DNA of 64,000 nucleotides from Eledone cirrhosa (Eukaryota): positions 308,822,001 to 308,886,000 of the forward strand of contig OZ024741.1 of the NCBI GenBank assembly GCA_964016885.1, read 5' to 3'. How positions within the stretch are numbered: position 1 is the first letter of the stretch; each line of letters begins with the position of its first letter. A program made the translations under genes and the position numbers. Positions 32,805-46,153 of this stretch are shown in pieces. Below the pieces are notes generated by a model, which was given only the letters and a program-made list of their open reading frames with translations, had not been told where the DNA came from and searched no databases.

Positions 32805-33030
32805 GAAAGGGCTGTGGATTGGAGGTATCGTTAAAGCGTGGAACAACATGCTGTGTGGCATAGAGTTGCGTCTCTTTATGTTCTGATTTAAATCCCGCAA
32901 AGCTTAGCTTTACCTTTCATCCTTACGGGGTCGATAAAATAAGCACCAATAATGCACTAAGGTCGATTTAATCGAATTTCCCCTCCCCCAAATTGCTGGC
33001 CTTGTGCCTAAAGTAGAAATCATTATTAGA
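32805..33030 (+). mobile_element. SINE family 1
   Basis: Head and conserved core. Confidence 0.8.
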
Positions 33031-33184
33031 AAAGAAAGCCAGAAACCAGTGACAAATAAATAAATAGACACATTTATAAACACAGAAAATTACAATTTGA
33101 GAAACACAAATGAAAAATGAAGAAATGAAAATCTAAATAGTAATCTTGATAGATTGAGAAAGAGTTGTCCTTATGCATTTAACC

Positions 33185-33232
<48 letters not shown>

Positions 33233-33912
33233 TAGCGAGAATCGTATTTCGGCTTTGGAATTAGCGAAAAACAACTTCCAAGATGTGTGGCAAGCGCTCA
33301 ATAATTCTGACGAACCAGAGTTACAACATACGTTAAAGGCCAAACACACTGAGACGATGGTTAAACCGTCATCCGCACAACCATAGAAACGACCAAGTAA
33401 TTCGGGTCAAACAAATAAAAAAATATGTGATTGATATATATATTCGGAGGAAATCATCAGAAAGCCGACTGTCAATGTAAATTTCTGGTATTTATACATG
33501 GTAAGGGAAGGGTAGTGGTTGGGGAGGGGTAGGGGGGTAGAAGTCATGGTGGGATTAAAGGTTGGGGATTCTTAGAAAAAAACAAAATTTATTTAGAGAA
33601 AGAAGTTTAGTAGCAAGTTGCAATTGAAATAAACACTATCTTATTCTATAGTACAACTTTGAACAAAAGGTATATCAAGTAGTTGATCGAAACATCTGTG
33701 GAAATGGTAGGTTAGTACAAGGTCACAAGCACTCACGCCAACACACACGCGCCCACGCGCACACACACATACACACGCACATAAATACATATATGCACAT
33801 ACATATACCTATATACAGACACACATATACACATGTGTGTGTGTATATATATATATATGTGTGTGTACACATACACACATACATACACATACATATATAT
33901 ATACATATATAT

Positions 33913-33953
<41 letters not shown>

Positions 33954-33954
33954 T

Positions 33955-34125
33955 ACAATACATTAACAGAGAAAGCTTTAAGCTATACTCTGACTGGCTA
34001 CCAACTCACTCAACAAACATTAGGATATACCTTAGTATAATCCCAATTTTACGTTTGGGGTGCTAACTATATGTATTTTGCGGAGAGCCAGTTGTATTAT
34101 TTTATATGAGACATAATTAAAATAT
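33955..34125 (-). mobile_element. pLTR-leader fragment of the four-way-junction hammerhead family
   Basis: Reverse complement of ~3720-3880 and ~50055-50210. Confidence 0.75.
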
Positions 34126-34145
34126 ATATAGTTTTAATATAGATG

Positions 34146-34196
34146 AGATTCTACAGGACTAAAACTGTTTGATTTTTTAGAAATCATCAGGAATCT
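34146..34196 (-). ncRNA. Type I hammerhead, degenerate (GAAA to CAAA), in PLE 3' region
   Basis: Reverse complement: agattc CTGATGA tttctaaaaaat CAAA cag ttttagtc ctg TA gaatct; stem I covaries with 36778-36828. Confidence 0.7.
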
Positions 34197-34458
34197 GGCT
34201 TTCCAAAAATAAATGTTGTGGTATTTATATATAAACACATATAAAAATACACAAAGGGGAAAATTTAAGGAAACGATCAAGATATGAAAAACCATCAAAT
34301 AACATGAATTAAAATTAAGTAACATAAAATACAAGTAGAGAAAAGTAAAGTATAAGTTATAAGTTTGAAAGGTAACAAAACGGAGATAGGTTTGGGATGG
34401 GAGGGGAGCGCGGGAGAGTGTGGTTAAAGTTTAATGTCGATTCCGTCGTCTTATGGGA

Positions 34459-36599
34459 TCATTGTTCAGGGGGAAAGAACTGGTCTATATGACTTGTAAG
34501 TAGCATAGTTTTTGTGCATGCAATTCGGCCAGTGTTCTGCGAGTCTATTGAGTAAGGGTCCTTTGGCGAATAGTATTTCGTAACTCTCGGAAATACAAAG
34601 GTCACAACAATTATGGCCTCCTGTGTAAGACCGCGCTCCCTGGAGTAGTTTCCATTTGAGCGTAAAGGGTATGGAGTTCCTTTTAGGTTCCAGACATGGG
34701 CGGCGAGTGTTGTTTGGTTGGACTTGTCCGGGCGTCGAAAAGAATGGGTGTGTGCGTACCAACGGGTCTTAAAGTTGTTGGAGGTCATCCCGATATACGT
34801 CTTTCTCTCTTCATTAGGGCCTGAGATGACATCACATTTGTATACAATATTCTTTGTAAGGCATTTATTGTTGAAGGGGCATGCAGCCTTATCGTGGCAG
34901 TTGCACAGGACCTCAGTGCCGAGATGGGTTTCGGAGGTAGTAGACTTATTTAACATAGTAATATTAATATTGGCTAAGTTCCTAGCTAGATTTGGCGTAG
35001 TGGAGTAAGAGAGTCTGATTGTATTCTTATTAAAGATGGTGTAGTACCTATGCTGGGTGGGGAAGTGCTTGTGCAATAGAGTAAAGAAATTGTTTGCTAT
35101 AGGTGTAGATACCTCGCTGTTGAAGGGGGGGGGGGGGGGTGTAACAGCTAATTTGCTTCTTCCTATTCCTCCTGGGTGAGCGTGGGGCTATTCTGAGATA
35201 AGAGATCTTATCTTTAAAACCGCTACGAGCTAGGGCTTCGTTGTAATAAGGGGCCGCGGCCCTAAAGATATCCTCATTGGCAGAGAGGCCAAAGATCCTA
35301 AGGGAGACACTTTTAGCTAAATTATCTGTGATGTTCTTGGGGTGATTCGAGTTAACGTCTATATATCTAAGGGATTCGTTAGGTTTGTGGTACGGATAAT
35401 AAAGGGAGGTTTCTAAATCGAGAGTTACATCTAAGAAGTTGGCTTTAGTTAAACTCGAATCTATAGTTATTCTGGGGCCTAGGTTATTGAAGAAAGCGTT
35501 AAGGTTTTTCCGAAACCCATCGGTAGTCCTGGGGTTAATTTTATGCAGGGCAAAGAGGCCGTCATCTCGGTATAATCCGCCTGTAAGGCCTGTGAAGAGG
35601 GTTTTCATCCGGTTAAAGATAAACAAGCCCACCAGATCACTAATCTCAGCCGAGTCACTAGCACCCATGCTGACATCGAAGGGAGTCTCCGATTTTTTGT
35701 TGATCCAGTGGGACTCGTTATGGTACAAAAAAGTCTTACGTGCATGGAGGATCACATCCTGCTCGGCGTCGGTTATGGTGGTTAGGTTTCTTGCGAAAGC
35801 AATTGCATCCTTCAGCAGGGACTCAGAAATGGAGACGTAGTAATCCTCAATGTCAAGTTGCAGGAAACGGGTGTTGTGTTTGTCAGGCAGTTCTTGGAAC
35901 CATGAGATTGCTTCGGATGTTCTATTCCAGAGTGGGAGAGGTGAGGCTGCACGCAGTGTCGGTAGTATCCTGTCCAGGATCTTCTTGCTGACAGATCCTA
36001 TGTCGTATTTTGTGGGGTTTATTAGCCGGACCGATGGTTTATTGGTGAAGTTTCCCTTGTGGTCCTTAAGGGGCCTTTACCCACAAAGGTTCAGTCCTAT
36101 CTTCAAATTTAAGGGAAATGGCGATGTATTTTCCGGCTAAGTTTGTGTCTGTCAGTACTGTTTCATCCACGTTTTTGTAATTTGCTGTAATCGCATTATT
36201 AACCAGCTTCCTATAGGTATCCTGGTTAACCTCATAGACGTTTTTTGTTTTGTCGGAAGGGACGTGGAGATTCGGGGAACTCTTCATTTTCTGTACTTTG
36301 TCTCTTAAGTCAGTCTGGAATGGAATGTTGACTCTGAGGAATTTAATATTTTTGATCATTTTGAAGAGATCTTCCTCAAAAGGTTCAAGTAAACTGTTGG
36401 TGGGTGGTGCCTTATTTGATTTAAAGCCGAACTTCTCATTGTTGGTTGATGCTACATCAGGGTGGTCGAAGAAAAAGGATCTCCATCTAATGCGTTTGAT
36501 GAACTCATCGGTCCTTCTAATAAGAGTTTTTAAGTACAATTTCCTTGGTGGGATCGGTATGTTTTTCATGGAGGTATCGAGGTCAAGTTTGGTCAGCAT
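34459..36599 (-). pseudogene. PLE polyprotein (RT + GIY-YIG), frameshifted
   Basis: SMKNIPIP..FIKRIRWR, PSDKT.N.Y, FDVSMGA.DSAEISDLVGL, GLYRDDGL, NFLDVTLDL, YI...SNHP, CNC....CP...KCL..NIVYKC..TYIGMT. Confidence 0.93.
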
Positions 36600-36777
36600 C
36601 GTTTATTGGTGATGGTTATTAGGGGCACGTTGGCGGGCTAGATGTATGTAGATCCAGGGTTAAATCTAAAAATCTCCATCCTTTAATCCCACCATGACCT
36701 CTACCCCCCTCCCCAAACCACTACCCTTCTCTTACCATGACAAAATGTGTAAATACCAGAAATTTACATTGACAGTC

Positions 36778-36828
36778 GGCTTTCTGATGATTTCCTCCGA
36801 ATGAAACAGTTCTAGTCCTGTAGAAGCC
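36778..36828 (+). ncRNA. Type I hammerhead in the inverted 5' pLTR
   Basis: ggcttt CTGATGA t-ttc ctcc gaa-t GAAA cag ttctagtc ctg TA gaagcc; GUA cleavage triplet. Confidence 0.85.
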
Positions 36829-36907
36829 ATTTCTATATTAAATTACTTTTACTCTGCTATGTATTGAGTACCTTACTTACTGTGGTTATCCTCGATTTAA
36901 CCCGGGA

Positions 36908-36958
<51 letters not shown>

Positions 36959-37074
36959 ATTTCGTATTTCTAGAGAAATACGGTACGTTTATAGGTAAAC
37001 ATTTAGAAAGCCGTAGCTACGCAAAACACCGGGACTATCGCCATCTGGTGGTGTCCAGCAGAAGCAAGGGGTTC

Positions 37075-37120
37075 AATCGTCGATGCATTTCGAACTTAGC
37101 TGGTTCTCATCAGGACGATT
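37075..37120 (-). ncRNA. Canonical minimal type I hammerhead
   Basis: Reverse complement: aatcgtc CTGATGA gaac cagctaa gttc GAAA tgca TC gacgatt; sits between ~86-bp inverted repeats 36957-37042/37135-37221. Confidence 0.92.
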
Positions 37121-37468
37121 CCTCCTAGTCTTGCGGCGACAGCCCCGGTGTTTTGCATAGCTACGACTTTCTAAATGTTTACCTATAAACATACCATATT
37201 TCTTTGGAAATTCGAAATTCCTCTACATATCTGTATACAGCTATGCATTATGCTAAATCCTAATTATATATATATATAATTATTAACGAAGATTATTGAT
37301 ATTATGTCAACGGTCCTCTAGCTCACTCAATGAATCTACCAAGTTGCAGTAATGCAACTGCGGCCAGCAGTCCAGACTGCACTGCACACATTTTCGTCAA
37401 CGGTGGATGTTTTGGTAGAGATAAAAGTATACACACACACACAACACACACATATATATATGTATATA

Positions 37469-37555
<87 letters not shown>

Positions 37556-37739
37556 TGTTTGCAATTATAGAAAAAGCCCTCACAAAGCTTATGTTGACCT
37601 GGGTCTATGGTAAAATATATTTGTCCAAGATGTTAGGCAATGTAATTGAACCCAGGACCTTATGATTGTAAAGTGAACTTCTTAACCATTTCGCTTGCAT
37701 CCACAGATACATACTATACATATAGGCTCGTGTAATGCT

Positions 37740-37986
37740 GGAAACAGTCCCTGGATAGATGTGAAGTGTAGGTTCCAAAATCTGGCAATAGTCTCAAGCA
37801 AAATATGAGAAATAGGCTCACAAAGGTGGAAACTGACGCATGTCAGATTAGAAATAAGTACTCCTCAGTCTGGTAATAGGCCCAAACTAGATGTCAATTA
37901 TAAGCTCCCAAAACGGGTCCAAGATAGACGTGAACTGTAAGCCTCAAAACTGATAAGCCCCGGCTAGATGTGAAATTTACGCCCCA
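37740..37986. repeat. Degenerate ~44-bp minisatellite, about 6 units
   Basis: Recurring (c/a)tagatgtgaa..taagc..caaaa..tgg.aa.ag motif. Confidence 0.5.
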
Positions 37987-38799
37987 TTTCAATCTGTCTG
38001 TTAATTATTCTAGTAATACGTGTACATGTGGTTCACATACGATAGAACAGAAGAGTAAAATTAGAATTTAAGGGGAGTAGGCCCTATGAAAATCGTAGAC
38101 CCATTTCAGTTGGGCTACCTGCCCTCATTTCTGTCCTTGTCTGTGAATAGGCATATTTATACACATACAAACATACTTATACACATACATATATTTACCC
38201 ATGAAAGGATACACATTTACACAACTATTCCCCTTTTACACATACTCTCTCTCACACACACACGCACGCGCACACACACACACATACACACACATACACA
38301 CACATACATTTACATTCACATACATATATACATTGACCATTTACTATCTTTCAAGAATAAAACGAGGGTGAAAGAAAGTGTGTGTATGTATATTTGTGTG
38401 TATTAATGTTTATGCGCGCGTGTGTGTGTGTGTATGTATATTTATGTGTATGTATGTTTGTGCGTGTGTGTGTGAGTGTATGTATGTGAGAGAGAAAAAA
38501 AGCAAAAGAAACAATAAGAAACCAAGAAACAAAGAAGGATTAAAAATAGCAAAACCCACAGAAACAAAAGACATAAATAAACCAGCCAAGAACCCAAACC
38601 ATCCAGCCATACAGCCAGCCTGTCACCCAACCACCCAGCCAACTAACCACCCAACTAGCATTACAACCTACAAGAACAAACAAAAATAATATAATACAAA
38701 AGATTCTATTATAGAAGTGAGAATAAAGAACTATCAGATGATTCTATGGACTACTTTGGAGTTAAGAATGGGAGTCGGTCTTTTGTTCTTGTAGATAAG

Positions 38800-39158
38800 T
38801 ACTCCTGGGTCTCGAATGACCCCCCCCCCCCCTCGTGCTTGTTAAATTTTGCTAGTCTATCTCCGGCGAAATTTTATTTAAGTGGTAGCATTCCTACCAC
38901 AATTAATTTTCTTTATACATTGAAAAACATTATACATAACAAAAAATTATATTACTAGAAATCCCATGTTATAAAATAAATAGGATGGGTTGTGGTCTCA
39001 ATATGTAAACTAAACGATTAATTCTGGTTTTTAAAAATATCAACGGAGACAACCTAGAAGAAATACCGATCCCACCCCTCGCTTATTATAACCGCTCCGC
39101 TTATCCACCCCACTTATTTCATCCCCACCCCCCACTTATTATTTGGGATTCGAGAGTA
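38800..39158. mobile_element. MITE (TA-flanked, Tc1/mariner/pogo-like TIRs)
   Basis: tactc..gggtctc.aat ... atttgggattcgagagta; second copy at 61695-62049. Confidence 0.75.
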
Positions 39159-39338
39159 CTTGAATATATCAATACATATTAAGGAAGTAATCTGGTGGAA
39201 TCATTAGGGTGCCTGCTAAATAATACCTCAATATCTCTTCCAGCTCACTGTGCTCGGAGTTCAAACCCTGCCAAAATCAATTTAACCTTTCATCTTTTTG
39301 AGGGTGATAAAGTACTCAGTTTTTAGATCATCCCCCCG

Positions 39339-39388
<50 letters not shown>

Positions 39389-39511
39389 GCTCTGAAAGAA
39401 ATCGGCTGTGTTCCAAACTGGTGAGGGATAGGCTCTGCTAGGTTTAAAATACCCAAAACATGCTAGTCAGGAGTCAAGGGACCTTTACCCTATATTAGAC
39501 AATATTAGTCT

Positions 39512-39553
39512 ATAAAAGTTCTTTCGTCACACACCTGTGACATCATCAGTCGT
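39512..39553 (-). ncRNA. Hammerhead-like motif (GUCACA/UGUGAC family), stem I degenerate
   Basis: Reverse complement: CTGATGA t gtcaca ggtg tgtgac GAAA gaac TT; homologous to the 6412-6740 family, with partial inverted copy at 39645-39800. Confidence 0.55.
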
Positions 39554-39672
39554 ACTATTATGTTCCTCTCGTTGTCTTGTAATGTATTTTGAAGGAAACA
39601 CAGTGTTTTAAGAAGCGAATTTGTTCTGTTGTTATTGAAAACAGTGTGTGACGAAAGAAGTTTGATAGACTA

Positions 39673-39742
<70 letters not shown>

Positions 39743-40109
39743 CTGTATTTTTAACAGTTGGTCAATCAATGATAATCATTGATTGCCAGTTATTAAATTA
39801 AATATGGATATATAAAAGATACAGGGGGGGGGGGGCAGAAATGAAACATGGATTGCAGGTTAAAATGTAGTCTAGATAGATGAGAAACAAAACGAGGATC
39901 TAGTTTATGGTACACCCAAATGATTTAGAAATCGACCTTAAGTAGGAGCAATAACATTAAGAAAGATATGAACTTTCTTTTGAAAATTTTGAAAGTCCGC
40001 CACTGTATATATATATGTGTGTGTGTGTGTGTCTGTGTGTGTACATATATATATACACATATATGTATATATACACATACATACACACATACACATATAG
40101 ATATTGGGT

Positions 40110-40690
40110 AATGCCAAATGCGAAAATGAGCTTCTGTACCATCGTAGAGATTATTAATAAAGGCTGATCCAGTGGTTTGTTACTCTTTGCGCTGGCAGTT
40201 GACAGCATTGCCTGCTCTGTCCGGTTGCTCTTCAACGTTTGGTACCTGGACGATGTGACTTTGGGTGGCTCGGCTGAGACAGTAGTTGAGGACCTTCGGC
40301 TAATCAATCCAGCTCTAAAGCACCTCGGACTCGTGATCAACCGATCCAAGTCCGAGGTGATAAACGTTAGCTACGGAGAGGCCGAATTCCACGACGCCGA
40401 ACTCAGCCATAAAAGAGTGCCTGGAGACCAAGCACGCAGATCTCTCACGAATAGCAGAGAGGGTGCACTTCATTGACGCTCACCCGCCACTGGGTAGAAT
40501 TCATCTGCAATGTCAGTTTCGAGAGCGCCGACTGGCAACAAGCGAAGCTCCCAGCGATGTTTGGTGGCCTCGGCTACTATCTGCTTCGGATCTGGCACTA
40601 CCGGCCTACTTCTCCTCAATCCCCTCCAGTCTCATCATCGTCAGCGAGATCCTCAGCAAGATGGCCAAATCTCTTTCTTCTGTTGTCCAA
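40110..40690 (+). mobile_element. CRE/NeSL-like LINE RT fragment
   Basis: LLFALAVD..WYLDDVTLGG..GLVINRSKSE; WQQAKLP..FGGLG. Confidence 0.7.
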
Positions 40691-41534
40691 GAGTCCCTGC
40701 TTTTTACCTCCTTTTCCTCTCATTTATGACATTTATAGTCCTTTCCTCTACTTTTCCATACAGCCAGATCTGCCCTTCTTTAACCCTTCCCACTTTTCTC
40801 ATTACTTAATTTTGTTTTTATCTTTCCTTTTCATATTTATGTAATTATTAATTGCTTTAAAGCCAACTTTGTGAGTGAAACACATGTATTGAGAATAAAC
40901 ATTTATTTTATCTAAAAAAAAAAGAAAAAAAAGAAGCAAACTTGGCCTTAATGAGGTTTGAATTTAAAACATAAATGACTGTAAGTAAATACTAGTGGTA
41001 AGAAACTCTCAGGAGAGCTGGACAGTAGAAGGTCTTCAGAGTAGAAACCCTACTTAAGCAAATGTTTCGGCTCTTAATTTCTATTCTATTAAATATACCA
41101 ATTTCTGGTTTTGTATTGGGATGGACCTTCATTAGTTTCAACAATGAATGTTCCAGCTATTCCATTGGCAAAACAGCCTGCTCATAAGATTAACATAGAC
41201 ATGATTAAGCATTGCACAGATACATGTACCCTTAACGTAATTCTCGGGAGATTCAGTGTAACAGAGTGTATGACAAAGATAATTCATTGAATTACAAATA
41301 CAGTCCATCTTCGGGGTTTCCAAACAGTGTCGGTCAACCCGATTTCACTCCCACAGCTTGGGTCAACTCTAAGCTATGGTAAATGGCACATGTCCAATAC
41401 ACAATACAGTAGGATGGAATGCAGGACCTAATGATTGCAAAGCAAACTTCTTAACCATTTGGTCATTGTATTATTTACAGCTTTTTTTTTCTTTTGTGTG
41501 TATCCTGGTGTAAGAATAGGTACACGATATTACT

Positions 41535-41975
41535 GTATGGTGAATTAACAGAACTATCAGAGTATCGAACAAAATGCTTTGATGCATTTTAGTCATGGGG
41601 CTTTATGTTCTGAGTTCAAATCTCACCGAGGTCAAATTTGCTTTTCATTCACCTGGGGTCGATAAAATTTAGTAGGTAGTAGTCCATTACCGGAGTCCAT
41701 ATAATTAACTTTCCCTACACCCAAAATTACTGGCCTTGAGCCTAAATTTGATTGGCCGTATATTGGCCGTATCGGTAGAGCGTCGGACAATATACTTTAT
41801 GGCATAGGGTTACGCCCCTTTACGATCTGAGTTCAAATCCCGCCGAGGTTAGCTTTGCCTTTCATCCTTACGCGGTGGATAAAATATGGCACCAGTAATG
41901 CACTGGGGTCGATTTAGTCGACTTTCCCTTCCCCCAAAATTGCTGACCTTATGCCTAAAGTAGAAGCCATTATCA
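41535..41975 (+). mobile_element. Two tandem SINE family 1 copies
   Basis: B box and conserved core twice. Confidence 0.8.
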
Positions 41976-42199
41976 GAAGCGACTAAACCATTATTAGAAA
42001 TAAGGACATCAAGTCGTAAAACATTGCCTGAAAAATCATGTCCAACCCACGTCAGCATGGAAGAGTAGGCATAAAACGATGATGATAATAAAACGATGAA
42101 ACAGTACAGAGAAGTACGGAATACCTCGGCCTCGGGATGCTTTCGTGAAATAAATACGTTTGTTCATATTTTGTTTTTGTGTATGCAAAAATATCTGTA

Positions 42200-42714
42200 C
42201 ACGAATATATAATTATATATATATTAAAATAACAGATTAAAGTTTAAGCAAAGAATCGCTGCTGTCACTCTTAACGGGGTCTTCTGAAACTAAAAACATC
42301 AATCTGTGAAGGCAGAAGTAAATATTTCGAAAAACGTTGCAACCGAAGGAAAACAGGAAGACGATACTTTGGTTCGTGAAGACGTTCCCTGGCAATGAAC
42401 GGAAAATAGCGAAGATAATACGTCAGCAATGAGAACTTGTTTTCATAATGTCGTAATGCAGACATACAGACATATATTATAAGGGCGCGACGTTACAGCT
42501 ATGTATCTATCTAAAAAGACAGACTAAGAAAGACAGAGAGATCGCTAACCGGCGCCTAATGTGGTCCCTAGGGCATTGAAAATTTGAAATATATTTTGCT
42601 CAAAACACTCACACGCCCATAAGTATTACATGTGTAAAGTTTGAAAAAAAATCGGTTGGGTGGTTTTTGAGTTATAGGGAATCAGACAGACATTGTCTGT
42701 TTTAGATATATAGA
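42200..42714 (-). mobile_element. Helitron-like 5' segment joined to a pLTR fragment with a CAGAAGA hammerhead (42241-42291, GAAA mutated to GACA)
   Basis: 42222-42425 matches reverse complement of 1690-1897; 42408-42560 matches 31057-31170; ends ..atatataga|t like 31503. Confidence 0.65.
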
Positions 42715-43132
42715 TGACAACGACAACAATGATGATGATTGATCTGTCATTAATAATAAGAACAGCAACAGTAATAATAGTTTCTAATTTAGACATGAGG
42801 CCAACAATTCTATTTTATCACCCCAGGTAAGCTGAAAAGAAAAGCTGGCATTGGTGAGATTTGAAACCAGAACATAGAGGATCATCATGAAATACTGCAA
42901 AGGGTTTCATCCGACACATTAACAATTCTGAAAATCTACCACTCAAACAACAGTAATAGTAAAAACTGCTTTGTTTTGTTGTTGCATTTGTGTCTGTTAT
43001 GTTTCTTTTTAATTGTTTTATTTGATTTTCTCCTATTTTCTTTTGTTCTGTCTTTTGAAACTTGTGACCAAGCAACCTGTTACAATTTTTTTTTTTACAA
43101 CAGAGGCTATGCAAAGTAGATAGCAAAGATAA

Positions 43133-43261
<129 letters not shown>

Positions 43262-43330
43262 GTGTTCAACTGGGGGGAACCACAGTAAGTAAGGTACTTA
43301 ATACATAGCAGAGTATAAATATTTATAGCC

Positions 43331-43370
<40 letters not shown>

Positions 43371-43546
43371 TAAGAATATTTTCGAAACAGCGAGTGGGTT
43401 TGAAATTATTAGAAATGTAAGCTATCGTACATGTACGTCAATATTCATCTTTTTCCATTTTCTCCGAGGGTTCTTAACCCCACTATCAGGCTAAATAATT
43501 TCTTTAATTTCTTTAGTCAAAATACGGCGATAGCTTACATTTCTAA

Positions 43547-43667
<121 letters not shown>

Positions 43668-44289
43668 TCATATCATCATTGTCGTCATCATCGTTTAACG
43701 TCCATTTCCACAATAGCATGGGTTAAACGAGTCGTCCTGTTGTAAGACATGTCAGATCAGGTGACCGTGTCTTGCTCATATAGAACTGTCTGGCTTGGTT
43801 TTTATGGCTGGATGCCCTTCTTAACGCCAACCATATTTACAGCTTGGACTGGGCGCTTTTTATGGCAGTACCAAAACGATTAACTGACAGGTTGGACTGG
43901 GGTTTCATTGTATCCCCAGCAGGACCACCTTACAGGGTGGACCAGATGCTCTTTTGTCATGTCACCAACACGAGCACCTTATATGGTGGACTACAGCAAT
44001 TTCAACAGCAATTTTGGAAAGCATGTCCAGCTTTCCATGCTTGTATGAATGGGTTGGAGAAGGTGGAGGATTGGGGAGAGTATGGTGTGTGTTTGCAGGA
44101 CGGAGTTTGGAGTTTGGCGAGGGAGGTCTCAAGTGGAATACTTAACTGGTGAAGAGTGGAGTGTTAAGACATGGAAGGTGTATGGATGGAAGAGAGAAGA
44201 AAATTTGGTGCATATTAATGTTCTCTGGATGTTTGCTTCATTCTGTGCACATGGGAAGGCAGGTCTTCTGCTGTACTGTATATCGCCAG

Positions 44290-45030
44290 AGATCTCAATC
44301 CTGTGTAATTGCCTTTGAGAGATTCAATTATGCAAGGTCAGCTTTATTTCACTTTATTCCATGATTTCCTAGGTCTTCCTCTTCCATATTTTCTTCAACC
44401 TCAAGCGCCCTTCTCCATTTAATACAGCTGTCATCTTCTATACACATTGCATATCCATACCTCCGGAATCTTCTCTCCTGTACACAGCTCTAACCCTTCT
44501 TATGCCCAGTTTCTCTCTCAGTTCACTAACGCTTTGCTGTTCATGCACACCAATATTACACATCCATTGGAGCATGCAAGCTTCATTTCTTTCCATAGTG
44601 TCCAAGTCTTACTTGTATGCAACAATACTGCTCGTATACAAGAGTCATACAATCTGCCTTTCATTTTGAGGGGGAAAAGAATTCTAGCTAGGAGCAGAAG
44701 TAGCTCCCTGAACTTTTTCCATCCCGTTCTCACTCTGGCTGCTTTATTTTCAGAACATCCTCCTCCACTGTTAATTTGGTCACCCAGGTAACAGAAGCTA
44801 TCAACTACTGAGCATTTAATGGAGCTTGTTTTCTTTGAGTTCTTGCTGGCTACTGCTCCTGTGCATCTATTACATAGAAAACCTACGTTCTTTATTAACC
44901 TGTATGAGATCCCACTACATTTCTTGTGTACCCAAAGTTTGCATTTGGAACATAGGATGGAATTTCTACCCACTCCTTTCCTGCATTCTGAAGGGATCTG
45001 TGCCATGTTTTCTTTTCTACTTACTAGGAC
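44290..45030 (-). mobile_element. RTE-like LINE fragment with Cys-rich insertion in RT
   Basis: GVGRNSILCSKCKLWVHKKCSGI..VVDSFCYLGD..GG..ARVRTGWKKFREL; older remnant at ~55600-55970. Confidence 0.8.
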
Positions 45031-45032
45031 TT

Positions 45033-45093
<61 letters not shown>

Positions 45094-45742
45094 GGTGGTG
45101 GTGGTGGTGGTGTGTGTGTGTGGGGGGGGGGGGGGGGGCTAGTAGTAGTAGTAGGAGGAAATATCGTGAGTGTCTTCACCAGCAAATATCTTACTTTGCT
45201 TTCCCATCACAGTTCTGTGGGCACCGATCCTTTGCTAAATTCAACATCTACTCGAGTAATTCTTATGTAAATGTAACATAGGTGAGACAGCTCGTAGTAT
45301 AGGGGAACGGATAAATGAACACTGGCGAGACCTTCAAGATAGTAAAGAATCATCTGTACTCTACCAACATGCTAAAATAGAACATAAGGGTAAATTAGAG
45401 AACATAGAAATAAAAATAGAATCTACACACAGAAAAGACGCAATGTTTAGACAAATCACAGAGGCAATAAACATAAATGAATTACAACCAAAATTAAATA
45501 GAAAACATGAGTGGAACAGCAACATCACAACTTACAATTAAGGACAAAATGAAAACACACACGCACATAGAACAAACAACCAACCAGTAACATGTAAATA
45601 AACAAATAAATAAACGAATATAAACACACACAGACGCCCGGATGTAACACATGCGCAAACTAAGCACACAACACACACACAAAAACAAGATGGCGTAGGA
45701 CAGAACAAAGGAGAGGCACAAAAACAAAGAAAAGAATCTCCA

Positions 45743-45785
45743 GTCACTGAAGAGGTCACAGAATGTGTGACGAAAGAACTTTGAC
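45743..45785 (+). ncRNA. Type I hammerhead (GUCACA/UGUGAC family)
   Basis: gtca CTGAAGA g gtcaca gaatg tgtgac GAAA gaac TT tgac. Confidence 0.75.
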
Positions 45786-45994
45786 AATATATAAACAACC
45801 ATCTGGTTGTGGAACCAACCAACCAACCGGAAATTTATAAATTCCTAAATTTATAAATTTATTATAATAAATTGAAAGCAACTGGTGCGTGTGTTTCTTA
45901 TTGGCAACATGACCCTCCCAAAGTATAACAATATATATATATATATATTGATACACAATTGATATAAAATATTATTTAGTCAGTAGTTCGTGTG

Positions 45995-46062
<68 letters not shown>

Positions 46063-46153
46063 GTTCGGTAAATATTGTTTTGGTAAAAACAGGAGTAAGC
46101 AGGAGAAAGCTCTCAACATCGTTGTTTTTAGTTACGATGGAGTGTTTTATAAA

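Larger units (their letters stand above)
33441..36911 (-). mobile_element. Near-complete Penelope-like element with inverted 5' pLTR
   Basis: ORF pieces 36599-34459; 33441-33575 is the reverse complement of ~36667-36802; hammerheads at both ends. Confidence 0.9.

Noticed and set aside
43420-43495. Minus-strand CTGATAG with hairpin inside an inverted repeat
   Set aside because: Core and stem III too degenerate; counted only as an inverted repeat.
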